From the NCBI RefSeq assembly GCF_006345805.1, contig NC_042997.1:192076001-192140000 (forward strand): 64,000 nt of DNA, written 5' to 3'. How positions within the stretch are numbered: position 1 is the stretch's first letter; each line of letters begins with the position of its first letter. The position numbers and the translations under genes are program-made. The notes under the pieces are model-generated. The model was given only the letters and a program-made list of their open reading frames with translations. It was not told where the DNA came from and did not search any database. Below, piece after piece: positions 63,588-64,000 of this stretch. Source of the DNA: Octopus sinensis. Taxonomy: Eukaryota.

Positions 63588-64000
63588 GTAAGTATTCTCT
63601 CAAATTATCTTTTATTTTACTACAGACTGTTAACCTATATTCTTCTAACATTGTTCCTGTGCAGATATTTCTGTTACATTGCTTTACATATTGGTATAGA
63701 TTTGCACCATTTGTCACATTTTTGAGACGTGTATTGGAAATATGTTTGTGGAATTAGCAATTAGTAACTTTTCCGTAACTTACCTGGTAATTTGGGTACT
63801 ACTAAACAATTTGTCTTTAAGACTGGTGATATGTAGTTCTCAAGAAGACCTACCCAGTTTCGTTAAACTTAAGTTCGAGTGTGATCGTTACCTTCAAGGG
63901 TGGCACGTAAAAAGCACCATTCAAACGTGATCATTACCAGCGTCGCCTTACTGGCATGTGAAAAAACATTCGAGTGAGGTCGCTGCCAGTGCCGCTGGAC

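Overview
Eukaryotic, AT-rich, repeat-dense animal DNA. The SINE and microsatellite landscape looks like an octopod cephalopod; this is an inference and was not searched. The main feature is a + strand multi-exon DEAD-box helicase gene, DDX42/SF3b125. Twenty coding exons (21122-63587, 721 codons) splice in one continuous frame through GT-AG introns, and the gene runs off the right edge. A possible divergent minus-strand gene of unknown identity has candidate exons at 717-898 and 3563-3686. Introns and the intergenic region hold many tRNA- and RTE-related SINEs, fragments of RTE, CR1, HERO-like and CRE-clade LINEs, two non-autonomous Helitrons, a foldback element and mini/microsatellites. The most notable item is a young Penelope-like element (RT + GIY-YIG) in intron 39180-46204. 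Its three frameshifts all sit in C homopolymers, and both of its terminal repeats carry a minimal hammerhead-ribozyme-like motif. A separate tRNA-headed SINE at 36115-36338 (-) also carries a hammerhead-like 3' module, suggesting a Penelope-mobilised, ribozyme-bearing SINE. All coordinates and alignments were read by eye; repeat boundaries are approximate.
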